Below, in pieces: positions 8,250 through 18,907 of a stretch of 33,400 nt of DNA. Every line of letters begins with the position of its first letter. Position 1 is the stretch's first letter. Under the pieces are notes generated by a model, which had not been told where the DNA came from, did no database searches, and worked only from the letters and a program-made list of their open reading frames with translations. The DNA is taken from the IMG/VR virus record IMGVR_UViG_3300012940_000316, positions 1 to 33,400 of that record; one strand, given 5' to 3'. Source of the stretch: a virus (lineage: Duplodnaviria > Caudoviricetes). Made by a program: the position numbers and the translations under genes.

Positions 8250-8960
8250 TCACCTCCCTTCACTCATCCTCCACAGGAGTTCATTAACTACCTTGGCTAA
8301 CTCTTCTCTGGTAACAGTCTTACCTAAACCGAAGGTTCCATCATCATATCCTTTCATGATGTTAGCCCGGTCTACCACATTAATAACGTCTTCTGCCCAA
8401 TGCCCTGCCGGCACATCTGTGAACCTAGTCTTAGGTTGAGGTTTTGGTTGTTGACCCTGCTTCTTTAATTCTTCCATCTTTTTAATCACATCCTTCTTGA
8501 ATTCCATCCTGTCAAATAGAGTATGATGGGGACAGTCTTTACCATAGACGACATTATGTGGTTGTAGCCTATCCCAGTCAAACGCAAATTGAGCCATTAG
8601 CTTCGCAATATGAAGGACAGCATTGTTGTATGTTTCTTTATCCAAAGGCTCCCCTGGCTCAACGGCTTCACACGCTATTTCGACCCCGATCCAGTTGCGA
8701 TTATATTTACCATTCATTCCATCTCCAGCGTGCCATGCATTCTCGTTGTAGGGGATGTGGTGTGTAATGCTGTCTTTATCCACAGTATCATGCCAACTGA
8801 CAACCCTATCCTTGACATTCACCATATACTCTCCATGCAGTTCATCACCTGACCCATCACTCCAGTTGTTCGTAGTGTGGAATAGTATACCCTGGGGTTT
8901 CATACTATTGCCCGGCCGGTTCCTATGACCCTTTGGGAGATAATTGTCTTTTTCGATCAT
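8250..8960 (-). CDS. endolysin: N-acetylmuramoyl-L-alanine amidase (Amidase_2) plus C-terminal SLH domain
   Basis: ILFHTT, SWH, AWHAGDG, IGVE, H...KDCP; SLH: FTDVPAGHWAE...IMKGYDDGTFG...VTREELA; start MIEKD at 8960. Confidence 0.9.
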   Translation of the reverse strand: MIEKDNYLPKGHRNRPGNSMKPQGILFHTTNNWSDGSGDELHGEYMVNVKDRVVSWHDTVDKDSITHHIPYNENAWHAGDGMNGKYNRNWIGVEIACEAVEPGEPLDKETYNNAVLHIAKLMAQFAFDWDRLQPHNVVYGKDCPHHTLFDRMEFKKDVIKKMEELKKQGQQPKPQPKTRFTDVPAGHWAEDVINVVDRANIMKGYDDGTFGLGKTVTREELAKVVNELLWRMSEGR

Positions 8961-9238
8961 GTTCCTACCCCTTTCATAAATACTTGAAATGCTAAGAATA
9001 GAATTCCAATCCCCCCTCCAATAACTGACCCAAGAACAGTACGCCATAGCCAAGTCTGATTGTTCTCAAGTTTTTCAATCTGCTTATCCCTGAACTCCAT
9101 CTCCTTTTGAGTTACAAAAGATTGTTGTGCAGAGGTTAAAGCCTTCTCTATTCGGTAAACAGCAGTTTCAATATTTTCGATCTTCTCTTCCATCCGAGCG
9201 ACCTTAACCTCCAATGGCTCATCACTCCTTATTTCCAA
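8957..9238 (-). CDS. XhlA-like membrane protein (second holin/lysis accessory)
   Basis: coiled-coil N-terminus, then KLENNQTWLWRTVLGSVIGG and a TM helix; adjacent to the endolysin. Confidence 0.7.
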   Translation of the reverse strand: MEIRSDEPLEVKVARMEEKIENIETAVYRIEKALTSAQQSFVTQKEMEFRDKQIEKLENNQTWLWRTVLGSVIGGGIGILFLAFQVFMKGVGT

Positions 9239-9242
9239 GCTA

Positions 9243-12176
9243 CTACCTCCCCACGAATGAGGCTAGCCCAGACCCCTGTGCCATTCTTTGTTGACCGAGC
9301 TCTTGGAGTGTAGGAACAGGACGGCCCTCTTCTCTAAGTTTTCTTAACAAGTCTTCGAGTCGTTGATACTCATTATATTGCGATTGTTGCTGTCTTTGTT
9401 GTGATGTATTGCTCACCGCCGATACCCCTGTTAACATAGACGATACACCAAAAGGGTCATAGGCTTCACCTGTTGTGGACTCCACCAGTTTCCCTGCATT
9501 CTTGAGTGCTACAAATTGGTTAAGGATGTGTGCAGACCTCACAGGTACTCTAAGCTCAGGTTCCCCATTCTCTTCATTGAATGCTACAGTAAAGCCCATG
9601 CTGTTGGCTATCCGATTAAAGGCCTCAGAATAGGGTGCGTCTTCATCCATAGCTTTAACCATCTTGAAGATGCCTTGTAGGTATCCAGGGGCCCTTACTG
9701 TTTGGCCTTCATAGTTTTCTAAATCTCTGTCGAAGTACACATTTCTATTCGCCACCTGTTCAAAGGGGACCGTTAAGAAAGGAGTCATCATTGAAAACCA
9801 TTCCTGTGGGCGAATGGAATTAACATCTCGGATGGGTAAATCAATACCCAATGTTATATCACGATCACCAATTTGGAATGGTAGCCTCACAGCATACAGG
9901 TCCCGAAGGTATTTGGGCAGATCTTCATTGCCAATATCTTCGCCCGTTACCTGTGTGGACAGTTCATCCATAAAATTTTGAAACTTACCCATTACTGCGG
10001 CATACTTAGGTTGCTTAACCAACTCCTTTAACTGTAGCGGTAAATTAAATCTAGTGAATGCGTAAAATGGTATGAAGCGTCTCATCACATTCTTCTCAAA
10101 GGTAGTTAGGTTAGTGTAATCATACAGATACTTTTTCACAGATAGGGCGGCATCAAGTGGGGTATCCCCCTTTTGTAAGCGGTCAATAAAGTGGGCTAAA
10201 CGGGCATGATCTTCTACGGTGATGCCCACATTCTCGGCTGCTCTAAATGCCACGTTTTCCCTAGACAGAGGGTTAAAGTCTTGAGGGCTTCTTTCACTAC
10301 GTAGCCTACGCATAACATCATCTATTGTATCAGTGACGTCTCCAGCTATAAACCCCCTACCAACAATGCCATTAAGGCGGGCCAATAATTTAATTCCAGT
10401 CATATTAACATCGACATCTTGGTTGCCCCACCTAACTTTAATCTTAGGCCCATCCCCTCCTGTAATGACTTCCCTAAACCTAGGCTCATTAAATACCCGG
10501 GATATATTGATCTGTGCCTCAGGTATGTCTAAACCCGGAGTGTTTAGGTTGGTGCCTAAGGGTACCGGGCTAAGGTCTTCCCCCGATCTAGTACGTATTA
10601 AATCATAGAAATCATCCAGCTTGGTATCATCGGCCCTAATGGCGCCTACAGCTAGTTTATAAGGTTGTAATGTCCTAACTCCGGCAAGGTAGTTGTTAAA
10701 GATATTACCTAAAGAGTTCCTCACATGGAAGCCAGGGTTAGGTACAGTAGCCATGCCCTTCCACCAACCCAACACATCATCATAAAGTTTAAAGAGCCTG
10801 TTGGCTGTATCTGAATTGGTGAAGGGCTCAAGTACGTCTTTTAGGTGCCTAGCTATGTCAGGAGGTACAGCATAACCCCTAAGCTGTTGAACAGGGGCCC
10901 TTACCCAACCGGTGGGTATATCACCCTCATCATAACGGCGAATAACATCAGGACCTAGCTGGACTAATTCATCTATCATATCTTGGTTACGAATGGCTTT
11001 CTGGAGGCTTACTTTATAAATACCCATTATCTTACTAAGGTCGGTTTCGGGCTTTAACTTAGAGGCCAGTTCAGGGTCTGACATGATCGCTGATAAGTCG
11101 TCCATGATAGTACGCTGTTGGTTGAACCCTGAAGAGGTTGATATACGAGCACCCCTACGTCTTAACTGTTCTAGGGCCTCAGCAACCTCCTCCTTTTTAC
11201 CCTTAAATATGTGTGGTATATAGTTAGCCCTAAACTCATCTATGACCCCGTACTCCTGGGCCTTAAGGAAATTTACATCAAAGAAATCCTTAACCTGATT
11301 AAAGGCTTGAACTTCATTGGGGCTTAACTCAGTAAATTTCAATGGGTCTTCCACAGCAGAGATAACTTTCATTTGATCTACATCCGACCAGTTTCGGGTT
11401 ATACCAGTAACCTCATTAACGATGTCTTGAGTATCCATTCTAAAGAGGTCTTGTGCCTGTTGGGTAATCTGATTTACAGACCCCGGTATCCCATAACCCC
11501 TAACAAATAGACGTCCACCTAGGTTTTTAGCTTCCTCACCAATACGTGCTAGCTCTGGGGCTCTCTGCTGAATAAATTCCCCCATCTTACTTGTAGCATT
11601 TCTAGCCGTTCTACCAATAGCCCCTATTACCCTATCTGAGCCTGGAATGTCAACATATCTACCGAATGCCCCAAGTTTAGCCACAGTAGGGCGGCTGGCG
11701 GTAGCACCTTCTAGAGCAAGCTGTCCAGCCCTTACTGCACCCTTAGCCCCTTGGGCTGCGGCTCCAGCGGTACCAAAGGTCAGTAGATTAAGTGGGTCAG
11801 TTACAAGATCAAAACCAAACCCAGCCACTTGATTACCCACGCCTTCTCCCATACCCCATTGTTGAAGCAGCTCAGCCCCAGAAATATCATCACTGAAGGC
11901 ATCTTCATTTCCTGACAGGTAAGACAGTCCTTGGTTCTTTTTATTATTCAAATAGTTTAAGACATTGAATACTCCATCTAAGATGGTGTCTTTATCTTCC
12001 GGCATAGGCAAAGGTTGGCCCACAGAAATAAGGCGTTGTTGTGCATTAGATATACGAGTTGTATAGTCTGTGGCTTGTTGCCCCGTACCGAAGGACGAGG
12101 AGAACCCGGAGAGGCCCCTTCCTGAGTTAAGGGAGGAAGAGGACCTACCCCCATTTATAAAGTCAGAAAGACCCAT
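9243..12176 (-). CDS. large internal virion/DNA ejection protein
   Basis: 977 aa at the end of the podoviral tail cluster; GFGFDLVTDPLNLL, NYIPH, NPGFHVRN, RRFIPFYAF segments typical of such proteins. Confidence 0.65.
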   Translation of the reverse strand: MGLSDFINGGRSSSSLNSGRGLSGFSSSFGTGQQATDYTTRISNAQQRLISVGQPLPMPEDKDTILDGVFNVLNYLNNKKNQGLSYLSGNEDAFSDDISGAELLQQWGMGEGVGNQVAGFGFDLVTDPLNLLTFGTAGAAAQGAKGAVRAGQLALEGATASRPTVAKLGAFGRYVDIPGSDRVIGAIGRTARNATSKMGEFIQQRAPELARIGEEAKNLGGRLFVRGYGIPGSVNQITQQAQDLFRMDTQDIVNEVTGITRNWSDVDQMKVISAVEDPLKFTELSPNEVQAFNQVKDFFDVNFLKAQEYGVIDEFRANYIPHIFKGKKEEVAEALEQLRRRGARISTSSGFNQQRTIMDDLSAIMSDPELASKLKPETDLSKIMGIYKVSLQKAIRNQDMIDELVQLGPDVIRRYDEGDIPTGWVRAPVQQLRGYAVPPDIARHLKDVLEPFTNSDTANRLFKLYDDVLGWWKGMATVPNPGFHVRNSLGNIFNNYLAGVRTLQPYKLAVGAIRADDTKLDDFYDLIRTRSGEDLSPVPLGTNLNTPGLDIPEAQINISRVFNEPRFREVITGGDGPKIKVRWGNQDVDVNMTGIKLLARLNGIVGRGFIAGDVTDTIDDVMRRLRSERSPQDFNPLSRENVAFRAAENVGITVEDHARLAHFIDRLQKGDTPLDAALSVKKYLYDYTNLTTFEKNVMRRFIPFYAFTRFNLPLQLKELVKQPKYAAVMGKFQNFMDELSTQVTGEDIGNEDLPKYLRDLYAVRLPFQIGDRDITLGIDLPIRDVNSIRPQEWFSMMTPFLTVPFEQVANRNVYFDRDLENYEGQTVRAPGYLQGIFKMVKAMDEDAPYSEAFNRIANSMGFTVAFNEENGEPELRVPVRSAHILNQFVALKNAGKLVESTTGEAYDPFGVSSMLTGVSAVSNTSQQRQQQSQYNEYQRLEDLLRKLREEGRPVPTLQELGQQRMAQGSGLASFVGR

Positions 12177-12182
12177 TTGAAA

Positions 12183-13832
12183 TCACCTTCCGAATACGTC
12201 TTGGGTAACTGTTGCTGGCTGTTGCCAAAAGTTTAAGCTACTTGGGTCAAAGGTTATATTACCGTAGGGGTCATTGCTCTTACTAAACTCAGACCTCACA
12301 GCATCCCGGAGCTTTTTGGTATTCACTCCCATTTGTTTGAGCTGGTTCTCATGGGCTTTAATGTCCTCAATAGCCGACTCAAGTGTAGGGTTATCCATCG
12401 CACTTACCATGGCTTGGGCAGTTATGGTATCCAGTGAGTAGGTAGCTTGAAACACAGGAACTAACTGTTGAACCCTTGCCTGTTCAGACGCATCTGCTTG
12501 CATTTGTTCTAGTTGAAGTTGATCTAGTTGTTGGCTTGGTGTAAGTGATGGGTTATAAGTTTGACCCGGCCGGATACCGTAAGACTCTAAACCGGGAGGA
12601 GCGCTATTGGTAGCTTGCCAAATATTAAGCAATTCACTAACCCTAGCTGAGTTCTGTTGGGCTTGGCGATTAAGCCTAGATTGTTCGGCATCTGCCGCAA
12701 TCCTCCTCTCGAGGTTAGACCTCTCAGCCTCCAGTTGCCTATCCAAAATGGATAGCTGTTGCTGTCTTTGGGCTGCCGCTTCCCGAGCCTGGAATGTAGG
12801 TGTTCCAGCAGGGACCCCGAGTATTGACGAGTCCTCATTACTCACAGAGCCAAGTATCTGGGTGCGTTCAAGGGCGGCCCCAATCTGTGCCAACTCATTT
12901 TGAATACTAGCTTGCTGTTGGTTAAACTCTTGAGCCTGTCTCTGTAAGTCAACCTGTTGACGGCTAAGATCGAGCTGTTGCCTGTTTATATCCAGGTTCT
13001 CTAGGCCAAGATTATTTTGGAAATCAGTTTGGGCCCTCTCATCGAACACCCCTTGTTGACCAGTTAAGGCTCCGAGCAAAGCTCCCAGGTTTTGGAGCTC
13101 ATTCTGTGTGCGCTGGTCAAACATGCCTTGCTGTTGTGACAACCCTTGAAGTAGGGCCATGGAGGTTTGGATACCCTGAAGATCCTGTGCTCTAAGCTGG
13201 GCCGCAATGGTTGGGACGAGTTGGGTCTCAAGATACTCGGTTGCGGAATTATTAATATCTTGGGTCCTCTCAAGGGCAATACTAGACCGTGCCAAACCTG
13301 AACCACCTAAGGCTTCCATAGTCCGCCTTACACTTTCAGCAGCTTGACGATCGACTGAAGCCTTACCGGCGGCATACTCATTGGTGGTTCTAGGGTCCAC
13401 AGGGGGTCTGTTCATCATAGTTTGTATCTCTGCTAGTAATGATTGTATCTGGCTGTCATAAGGATTAACTCGTGGTGTATTAATGGACTGCCCAAGTTGA
13501 TTAATTAAATCAGTTACCCTATCATCATATGGGTTATCCGGTCTTTGATAACCCGATGGCTGGGCTGTTGTGCTAGGGGCCGGGGAAGTTGTTAAGCCTT
13601 TATAAAACTGCTGGGCTTGGTTGTAGTCCATACCCCTAAGTTGATTAGCCAGTTCTGTGGGCAACTCACCATAATACTGTTGGGCATTCTGTTGTGCCCA
13701 GTTCATCATGCCTTGATTGTTATTCCGCTGGCCTTGGCTATACTGTCCTTTAGAATAAACAATCTGATTAATGGCGTTCCTATAAGGAGCATAATCGGGT
13801 GGGTTACTTCCTGTTACCACAGGGGTTGCCAT
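12183..13832 (-). CDS. Gln-rich helical internal virion/ejection protein
   Basis: Q/A-rich coiled coil; position before the large ejection gene; start at 13832 by AAGGAGG RBS. Confidence 0.55.
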   Translation of the reverse strand: MATPVVTGSNPPDYAPYRNAINQIVYSKGQYSQGQRNNNQGMMNWAQQNAQQYYGELPTELANQLRGMDYNQAQQFYKGLTTSPAPSTTAQPSGYQRPDNPYDDRVTDLINQLGQSINTPRVNPYDSQIQSLLAEIQTMMNRPPVDPRTTNEYAAGKASVDRQAAESVRRTMEALGGSGLARSSIALERTQDINNSATEYLETQLVPTIAAQLRAQDLQGIQTSMALLQGLSQQQGMFDQRTQNELQNLGALLGALTGQQGVFDERAQTDFQNNLGLENLDINRQQLDLSRQQVDLQRQAQEFNQQQASIQNELAQIGAALERTQILGSVSNEDSSILGVPAGTPTFQAREAAAQRQQQLSILDRQLEAERSNLERRIAADAEQSRLNRQAQQNSARVSELLNIWQATNSAPPGLESYGIRPGQTYNPSLTPSQQLDQLQLEQMQADASEQARVQQLVPVFQATYSLDTITAQAMVSAMDNPTLESAIEDIKAHENQLKQMGVNTKKLRDAVRSEFSKSNDPYGNITFDPSSLNFWQQPATVTQDVFGR

Positions 13833-13846
13833 CTTAGGTTCCTCCT

Positions 13847-15553
13847 TCATGATATTGAATTAAGTGAGTTTACTACGCCATTTAGAAGAGAAGCATAAAT
13901 AGGGCTTCCTGGGCTTTGTGAAGGCGGGGGTGGTATAGAATAGCCCATGTCGCTTATTGCAACTATGACTTGGTTAAATCTATCAGCTCTAACCTCACCT
14001 CCTTGTATTTCTATTGGAAAGGTGATGGTGACTAGACCTTTATAGGTTCTAAACTGGTTTATCCTGTCTGTAAAATCATTCCACTCTAAGGCCGTTACGA
14101 TTGCAGGGCTTCCCTGCACCTTAGGAGTATGCCAAGAAAAGTCATCGGGTCTAGCCCCTGTGGTCGAAACCCTAAGGTTAGCTGGATTGATGCTTTCTAA
14201 GATGACACTGTTGATTTCGAACCTTGAGTTAGCTACGAACCTAAAGTAAGTTCCGTTCGGTAGTCCAGTCCAAGTTGCAGAGCCCCCATTAAAGGTCACG
14301 TACTTGGTATCAATATATACACTGGAGTCGGTGTACCTATCTATACGGACATCATCCCAGTTCCCCTCACTGACTGAGGATACTATCTCTATGGTGTCCA
14401 TATCAATTAGTCCTGTGGTAATGGAGGGGGTTCTAGGTGCGGTTGTTACGGGGTTTTCAGGGCCCCAATCAGAGGATTGACTCCATCCCACCGCCTGCAC
14501 AGATACATAATACGTTACCCCATACTGTAGTCCTGTTACGCTCCTAGGGTTAAGGGTAAGTATGCTGGTTGTTATAGTATAGTTGTCATAACCTCTTCTT
14601 ACTCGAAGTCTATACCCCAGTATAAGTCCTGGGACTTCCTCCCACTCTAAACGAAATCCCCCATCTAGTCTATATACTAGAGTTGGGGCAGGTGGCGTAG
14701 CTGGCTTATCGGTAGTTGTTACACTGTAGGAACCCGCAGGATAATATAGTCCATTAGCCGCCTGAACAAACCCATAAAAATTATAGGTTGTCCCCGGCGT
14801 TAGTCCAGTAGCAGTCCCCTCAACAGCTGAGCCTGAGTTACTAGAGGGTGCATTAGTATAACCCAGTATGCCACTGGGTGGTGAGCTCTGTCCACTACTC
14901 ACAGGGGATGTAGAAATTCCAGCTCTAATATAATTGCTGGAGTCGAAATACTCAGAAGCCCTAACTACCCAGCCAAAAGATGTGTTCCCTATGGTATCCT
15001 CATAAGAAAAAGTCGCCGGCGGTAAACCCTTTACATTAAAGTAGGCATATTTAGTAGGTATGCTTGCCCCTGAGAACGTTATAACAGCATAATAATCTCC
15101 GTTCTCCTGTATTTCAAGCAACTCTGGGTAAGTAGCTGCCCCAGTTAAGTCATAGGCTAGCCAGCCTATCCAACCGGCGCAAGCCAGAAGATAGTTACCA
15201 CTACTAGGTACAGGTGACCAATAGCCTGGATACTCAAAAACTAACTTATTACCTCTGACCCTATACCACCTAATAACATAACTTACGGTATCCCCTTCAC
15301 TAAGGGGGACAGAGTCATTGTAAAGAACGCACACAACTTCATGGTTTTCAGTTAAATCAGAAACATTAAACAGAGTAGTAGGACTTATTATACTCCAGGG
15401 TACGTCAGCATTGGAGAAAAATGGATCATCACTTAAAAAGTTTGGCAGAGGGTGACCGTAAATGTTAAGGGTTAGATTGTTGTCACTTCTAATACCCTTA
15501 CCTACGTATGTATTAGAAGAGGGGGGATTAGAAGGGTTTCCAATTATAGCCAT
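13847..15553 (-). CDS. tail fibre/receptor-binding protein with tandem fibronectin type III-like domains
   Basis: three TGLxPGTTY / TGLQYGVTYYVSVQA / TGLPNGTYF FN3 signatures. Confidence 0.7.
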   Translation of the reverse strand: MAIIGNPSNPPSSNTYVGKGIRSDNNLTLNIYGHPLPNFLSDDPFFSNADVPWSIISPTTLFNVSDLTENHEVVCVLYNDSVPLSEGDTVSYVIRWYRVRGNKLVFEYPGYWSPVPSSGNYLLACAGWIGWLAYDLTGAATYPELLEIQENGDYYAVITFSGASIPTKYAYFNVKGLPPATFSYEDTIGNTSFGWVVRASEYFDSSNYIRAGISTSPVSSGQSSPPSGILGYTNAPSSNSGSAVEGTATGLTPGTTYNFYGFVQAANGLYYPAGSYSVTTTDKPATPPAPTLVYRLDGGFRLEWEEVPGLILGYRLRVRRGYDNYTITTSILTLNPRSVTGLQYGVTYYVSVQAVGWSQSSDWGPENPVTTAPRTPSITTGLIDMDTIEIVSSVSEGNWDDVRIDRYTDSSVYIDTKYVTFNGGSATWTGLPNGTYFRFVANSRFEINSVILESINPANLRVSTTGARPDDFSWHTPKVQGSPAIVTALEWNDFTDRINQFRTYKGLVTITFPIEIQGGEVRADRFNQVIVAISDMGYSIPPPPSQSPGSPIYASLLNGVVNSLNSIS

Positions 15554-15564
15554 AATATACCTCC

Positions 15565-16641
15565 TTACCCGAAGACAGCGACCCCATTAAAGTTACGGAT
15601 CTCGGCATTATTAAAATCCACAAACCCATTAGCGTTAGTTACCATACGTATAACAGAACTACCTTGGAGTTCAATGATGTTACCTGATAACCTTAAGGCG
15701 GCAAAACCGCCAATACCATCACTAATGGTTGAAAGAGTAGCCCCGCTATTAAACCTTAAACTCTTAGAAGTATGGGAGTCACTAAATACCCCAATGGTCA
15801 ACTGGTTCACAGCTGTAAGTTCACCACCAGTAATCTTGTTGGCGGCGAGCTCACCTATAAGAGCACTGCCAATAAGTGCAGAGCCAGCTATCAACTGGTC
15901 GGTTCCAACGGTTCCTGTATAGACCCCCGTGGATGTGATGTGGGTTAATCGGTTGGATAGTCCCGTAACCTGACCCTGACTAAGGGCTCCTATATACTCA
16001 CCAATTGAATTTATGTTGACCAACTTTCCGGGCAACCCAGTTATCTGCCCTTGGCTTAGATCGCCCAGATATTGGCCCAATGTGCTCAACTGGCTAAGTC
16101 TAGGATCATTCTCTTCAATTGCACCAACATCAGATGGTGTAGGTGGGTTCACTTCAGTCCACTGAATAGATCCACCCGTCATCGTTATATTACCTGAAAG
16201 GTTAGCATCCGTAGCATAAAAGCTCCCATCCTCATGAACCCTAAATGGGGCTAAAGAGGGGATTGCACTACCTAACCACAACCTAATCGAACCCTCAGTG
16301 GTCAAGCCTATTTGACCATCATTGGATCCAATAATAATACTACCTGTTAGGTTGGCAGATGAAGCATATAAATCTCCATCGTGGTAGACTCTAAATGGGG
16401 CCGAAGATGGATCATCACCCCCAGCCCATATGCGTAGATCTCCCGCAGTAGTGAGCCCAACAAATCCATCTTCAGAGCTAAAGGTGTCTAGGGTTACTAG
16501 AAAACCCCCTATCTCCCTGATGTTTTTACTACCCAACTTACCCCCAAGGAGATAATTAAGAGTGCGTTCAAATTGGTAGAGATAGTCCTTAACCTCCTCA
16601 ATGGTTCCCAGGCTATCAATACTAGGGAGTTGCGGCAACAT
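15565..16641 (-). CDS. tail fibre/spike protein with internal repeats
   Basis: duplicated GLTT.G..R.W.G...PS.APFRV..DG..YA..ANL.G unit; three ~25-aa G.Y.G.LSQGQ.TGL-like repeats; ANKITGG. Confidence 0.65.
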   Translation of the reverse strand: MLPQLPSIDSLGTIEEVKDYLYQFERTLNYLLGGKLGSKNIREIGGFLVTLDTFSSEDGFVGLTTAGDLRIWAGGDDPSSAPFRVYHDGDLYASSANLTGSIIIGSNDGQIGLTTEGSIRLWLGSAIPSLAPFRVHEDGSFYATDANLSGNITMTGGSIQWTEVNPPTPSDVGAIEENDPRLSQLSTLGQYLGDLSQGQITGLPGKLVNINSIGEYIGALSQGQVTGLSNRLTHITSTGVYTGTVGTDQLIAGSALIGSALIGELAANKITGGELTAVNQLTIGVFSDSHTSKSLRFNSGATLSTISDGIGGFAALRLSGNIIELQGSSVIRMVTNANGFVDFNNAEIRNFNGVAVFG

Positions 16642-16647
16642 GTCTCA

Positions 16648-16869
16648 TCACATCTCCTGCTCTACGGCCTTATAGGATAGATCACACTCTTCCATCTGCT
16701 TCTTCATCATGTCAGCTTTAAGGGTGTTGCCAATAGCAATCATAGCGATGTACTCAGCTTTACTCTGGAGATACCTAGACCGGAGGTTTGAAAGAACCTG
16801 GCTCTTAGCACTTGATCTTTCCTGATCGGTAATACTCTCTTCGATATCGAACTCACCATCAAAATCCAT
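16648..16869 (-). CDS. small hypothetical tail-associated protein
   Basis: AAGGAGG RBS; tightly packed in the operon. Confidence 0.6.
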   Translation of the reverse strand: MDFDGEFDIEESITDQERSSAKSQVLSNLRSRYLQSKAEYIAMIAIGNTLKADMMKKQMEECDLSYKAVEQEM

Positions 16870-16882
16870 AAATTATTCCTCC

Positions 16883-18280
16883 TTAGATTTGTACTGGATA
16901 TACATCAAACTCCAACTGGGCACCATATATAATGCCCGGGCCCGTTAATACCAGCTTAACCCTAAACCAGTGACTAGGCATTACACCATCTAACGGCACT
17001 ATGATATCGGACGATTGGCTGTCATCATTCCACCCCTCCACAGTGTCAACCAGATCAAAATTATCACCTCGTTCTGATCTGGATACATAGACCTCTAACC
17101 CAGACCCTTCAGGTATATAACCCTGAATGTGGATAGCATAGTACTCCTTCTCAGTCTGTGGTACTCCTTCATCCCGCGGACCAATGATATACTCGGATTG
17201 ATTAAGAGCCTCAGTCACTCCAGAAATGAGATAAGTATTACCATCGGTGCTAGTCATATACCACTCGTTATTGAATAAATATGATTGTCGGTAATAACGA
17301 TCTTTACTAAACACCCTCCAAATACCTTTTTTCGGATCAAAGCCCAAAATGGTTCTTGGCTCAGTATCATTGTCGGTTACTAGGCCAAGATAGTAATTTC
17401 TTCCATCAGTCCCCGAAAAACACTTATCAATATGAGCCCAATTGATACGGCTTAGAAAACCTTTGATGTTATCTCCTACCTCTTTAGGTCTTCCTCCTGT
17501 GTAGATACATACATTAGTTTCGGACAACCACAGAAGGTAGCCTTGAACCTCTTGGATGGTCTTGGAGTTTACACATCCAATGTTCATGGAGATATCCACA
17601 AGTTCAAGATCGTAGAAACTTTCACCATGGATTTCAGACATAGCATCTGACTTGAAAGCCACAATACGATTTGAATATCTTATTAAGGCAGTGATGTCCC
17701 CACCCTGTGGAGTATAAAACTGGATAAACCCACTATTCCTTGCCGAGGTCCAGTCATCCGCTTTTAGTTGGGCAGAGAAATGCAACACATCATCTTTGGC
17801 AATCCATACCCTAAGGTTATCAGTAGTGATAAACTTTCCTTTAGGGGCATCCTCACTTAGATCCGAAAAGGCAGACCCATCCCAGCTCTTTACGTTATCT
17901 ACCCCATTAGTGAAGATAATAACCCTATCACCTTCTACCTCAAAATTGACCCAATTCCAGTCGGTATCAGATAGACCCGTAGCGATGTTGGACCATGAAG
18001 ATCCAGTCCATCTCTGAATAGTGCCACCATTGGCCCTGATAAATATAGAGTTATGGTACTCAGCCAACATCCGGGGTGTGCCGGAAAGAACAGAGCCTAA
18101 TGCCGACCGTCCGGGAATAGGTACAAGAGCCGGATAGTTGGTATCCAAAACCCATCCAGACTCATCAGGAGACTGCTCTGGAGCAATCTTGGTGGCGACT
18201 ACTCCATTATTAACTCCACCCCCGAAGGATATGTTACTCGTCTGGCGATCCATAGGGCCATGTTGCCATCTTCCCCCCAT
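16883..18280 (-). CDS. tail nozzle/hub (P22 gp10 / T7 gp12-like beta-propeller)
   Basis: SFGGGVN start, LHFS, IGCVNSKTI, beta-rich repeats; start at 18280 by AAGGAGG RBS. Confidence 0.7.
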   Translation of the reverse strand: MGGRWQHGPMDRQTSNISFGGGVNNGVVATKIAPEQSPDESGWVLDTNYPALVPIPGRSALGSVLSGTPRMLAEYHNSIFIRANGGTIQRWTGSSWSNIATGLSDTDWNWVNFEVEGDRVIIFTNGVDNVKSWDGSAFSDLSEDAPKGKFITTDNLRVWIAKDDVLHFSAQLKADDWTSARNSGFIQFYTPQGGDITALIRYSNRIVAFKSDAMSEIHGESFYDLELVDISMNIGCVNSKTIQEVQGYLLWLSETNVCIYTGGRPKEVGDNIKGFLSRINWAHIDKCFSGTDGRNYYLGLVTDNDTEPRTILGFDPKKGIWRVFSKDRYYRQSYLFNNEWYMTSTDGNTYLISGVTEALNQSEYIIGPRDEGVPQTEKEYYAIHIQGYIPEGSGLEVYVSRSERGDNFDLVDTVEGWNDDSQSSDIIVPLDGVMPSHWFRVKLVLTGPGIIYGAQLEFDVYPVQI

Positions 18281-18890
18281 AAGAAGACCTCCTTGGAAGA
18301 ACATCTTTAGCCACAGGATATTCAGGTGAATTGTTAAACTGGTTCATAAGGAAGTCACCCAATAATGAGTCATAGTCAGACTTAAAATTATTCTTCCTTA
18401 CGACATCATTCCTTGCAGCCGCCATCCTTTCACAAAGAGCATGAACCATTAACTCACGATAGGCCAGCGGTAAGGGAACCGTGCTGTCCAAATCATCCGT
18501 AGTAAGTTCAGGGGTCCCTATGTAGAACAGAACCGCCAACTTATCCTCAGATGGCCTAGTCTGGATGTGGATCATCTTGTTGATGATAGTATAGTAGGGG
18601 CCTTCAACTGGATCGGTTATATCACGGTAAAGGTAGTCTCTGAATACACCGGTATCTGCATTTACTTCAACCTGAAGGGATATAATGTCATCGGTCTCAC
18701 AGTTATCGGGTATGGGTAAATCCTGGATGTCCTTATAAACGTCAATAAAAGCGAATGTTACGTCCCTATTAAATTTTAGCTGGAGAACCTGGGCTAAAGC
18801 TAGGGATAACCATTTAACCTTAACCGAGCTTTGAAAGGTATTCCTAAAGTTGGTATCAGCCAAGGAGATAACGTCATTCCAAGTATTCAA
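18234..18890 (-). CDS. head-tail adaptor (tail tubular protein A-like)
   Basis: size, position before the nozzle gene, PLPLAYRELMVHAL motif; TTG start. Confidence 0.65.
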   Translation of the reverse strand: MNTWNDVISLADTNFRNTFQSSVKVKWLSLALAQVLQLKFNRDVTFAFIDVYKDIQDLPIPDNCETDDIISLQVEVNADTGVFRDYLYRDITDPVEGPYYTIINKMIHIQTRPSEDKLAVLFYIGTPELTTDDLDSTVPLPLAYRELMVHALCERMAAARNDVVRKNNFKSDYDSLLGDFLMNQFNNSPEYPVAKDVLPRRSSYGGKMATWPYGSPDE

Positions 18891-18907
18891 CTAAACACCC
18901 CCCCCTC

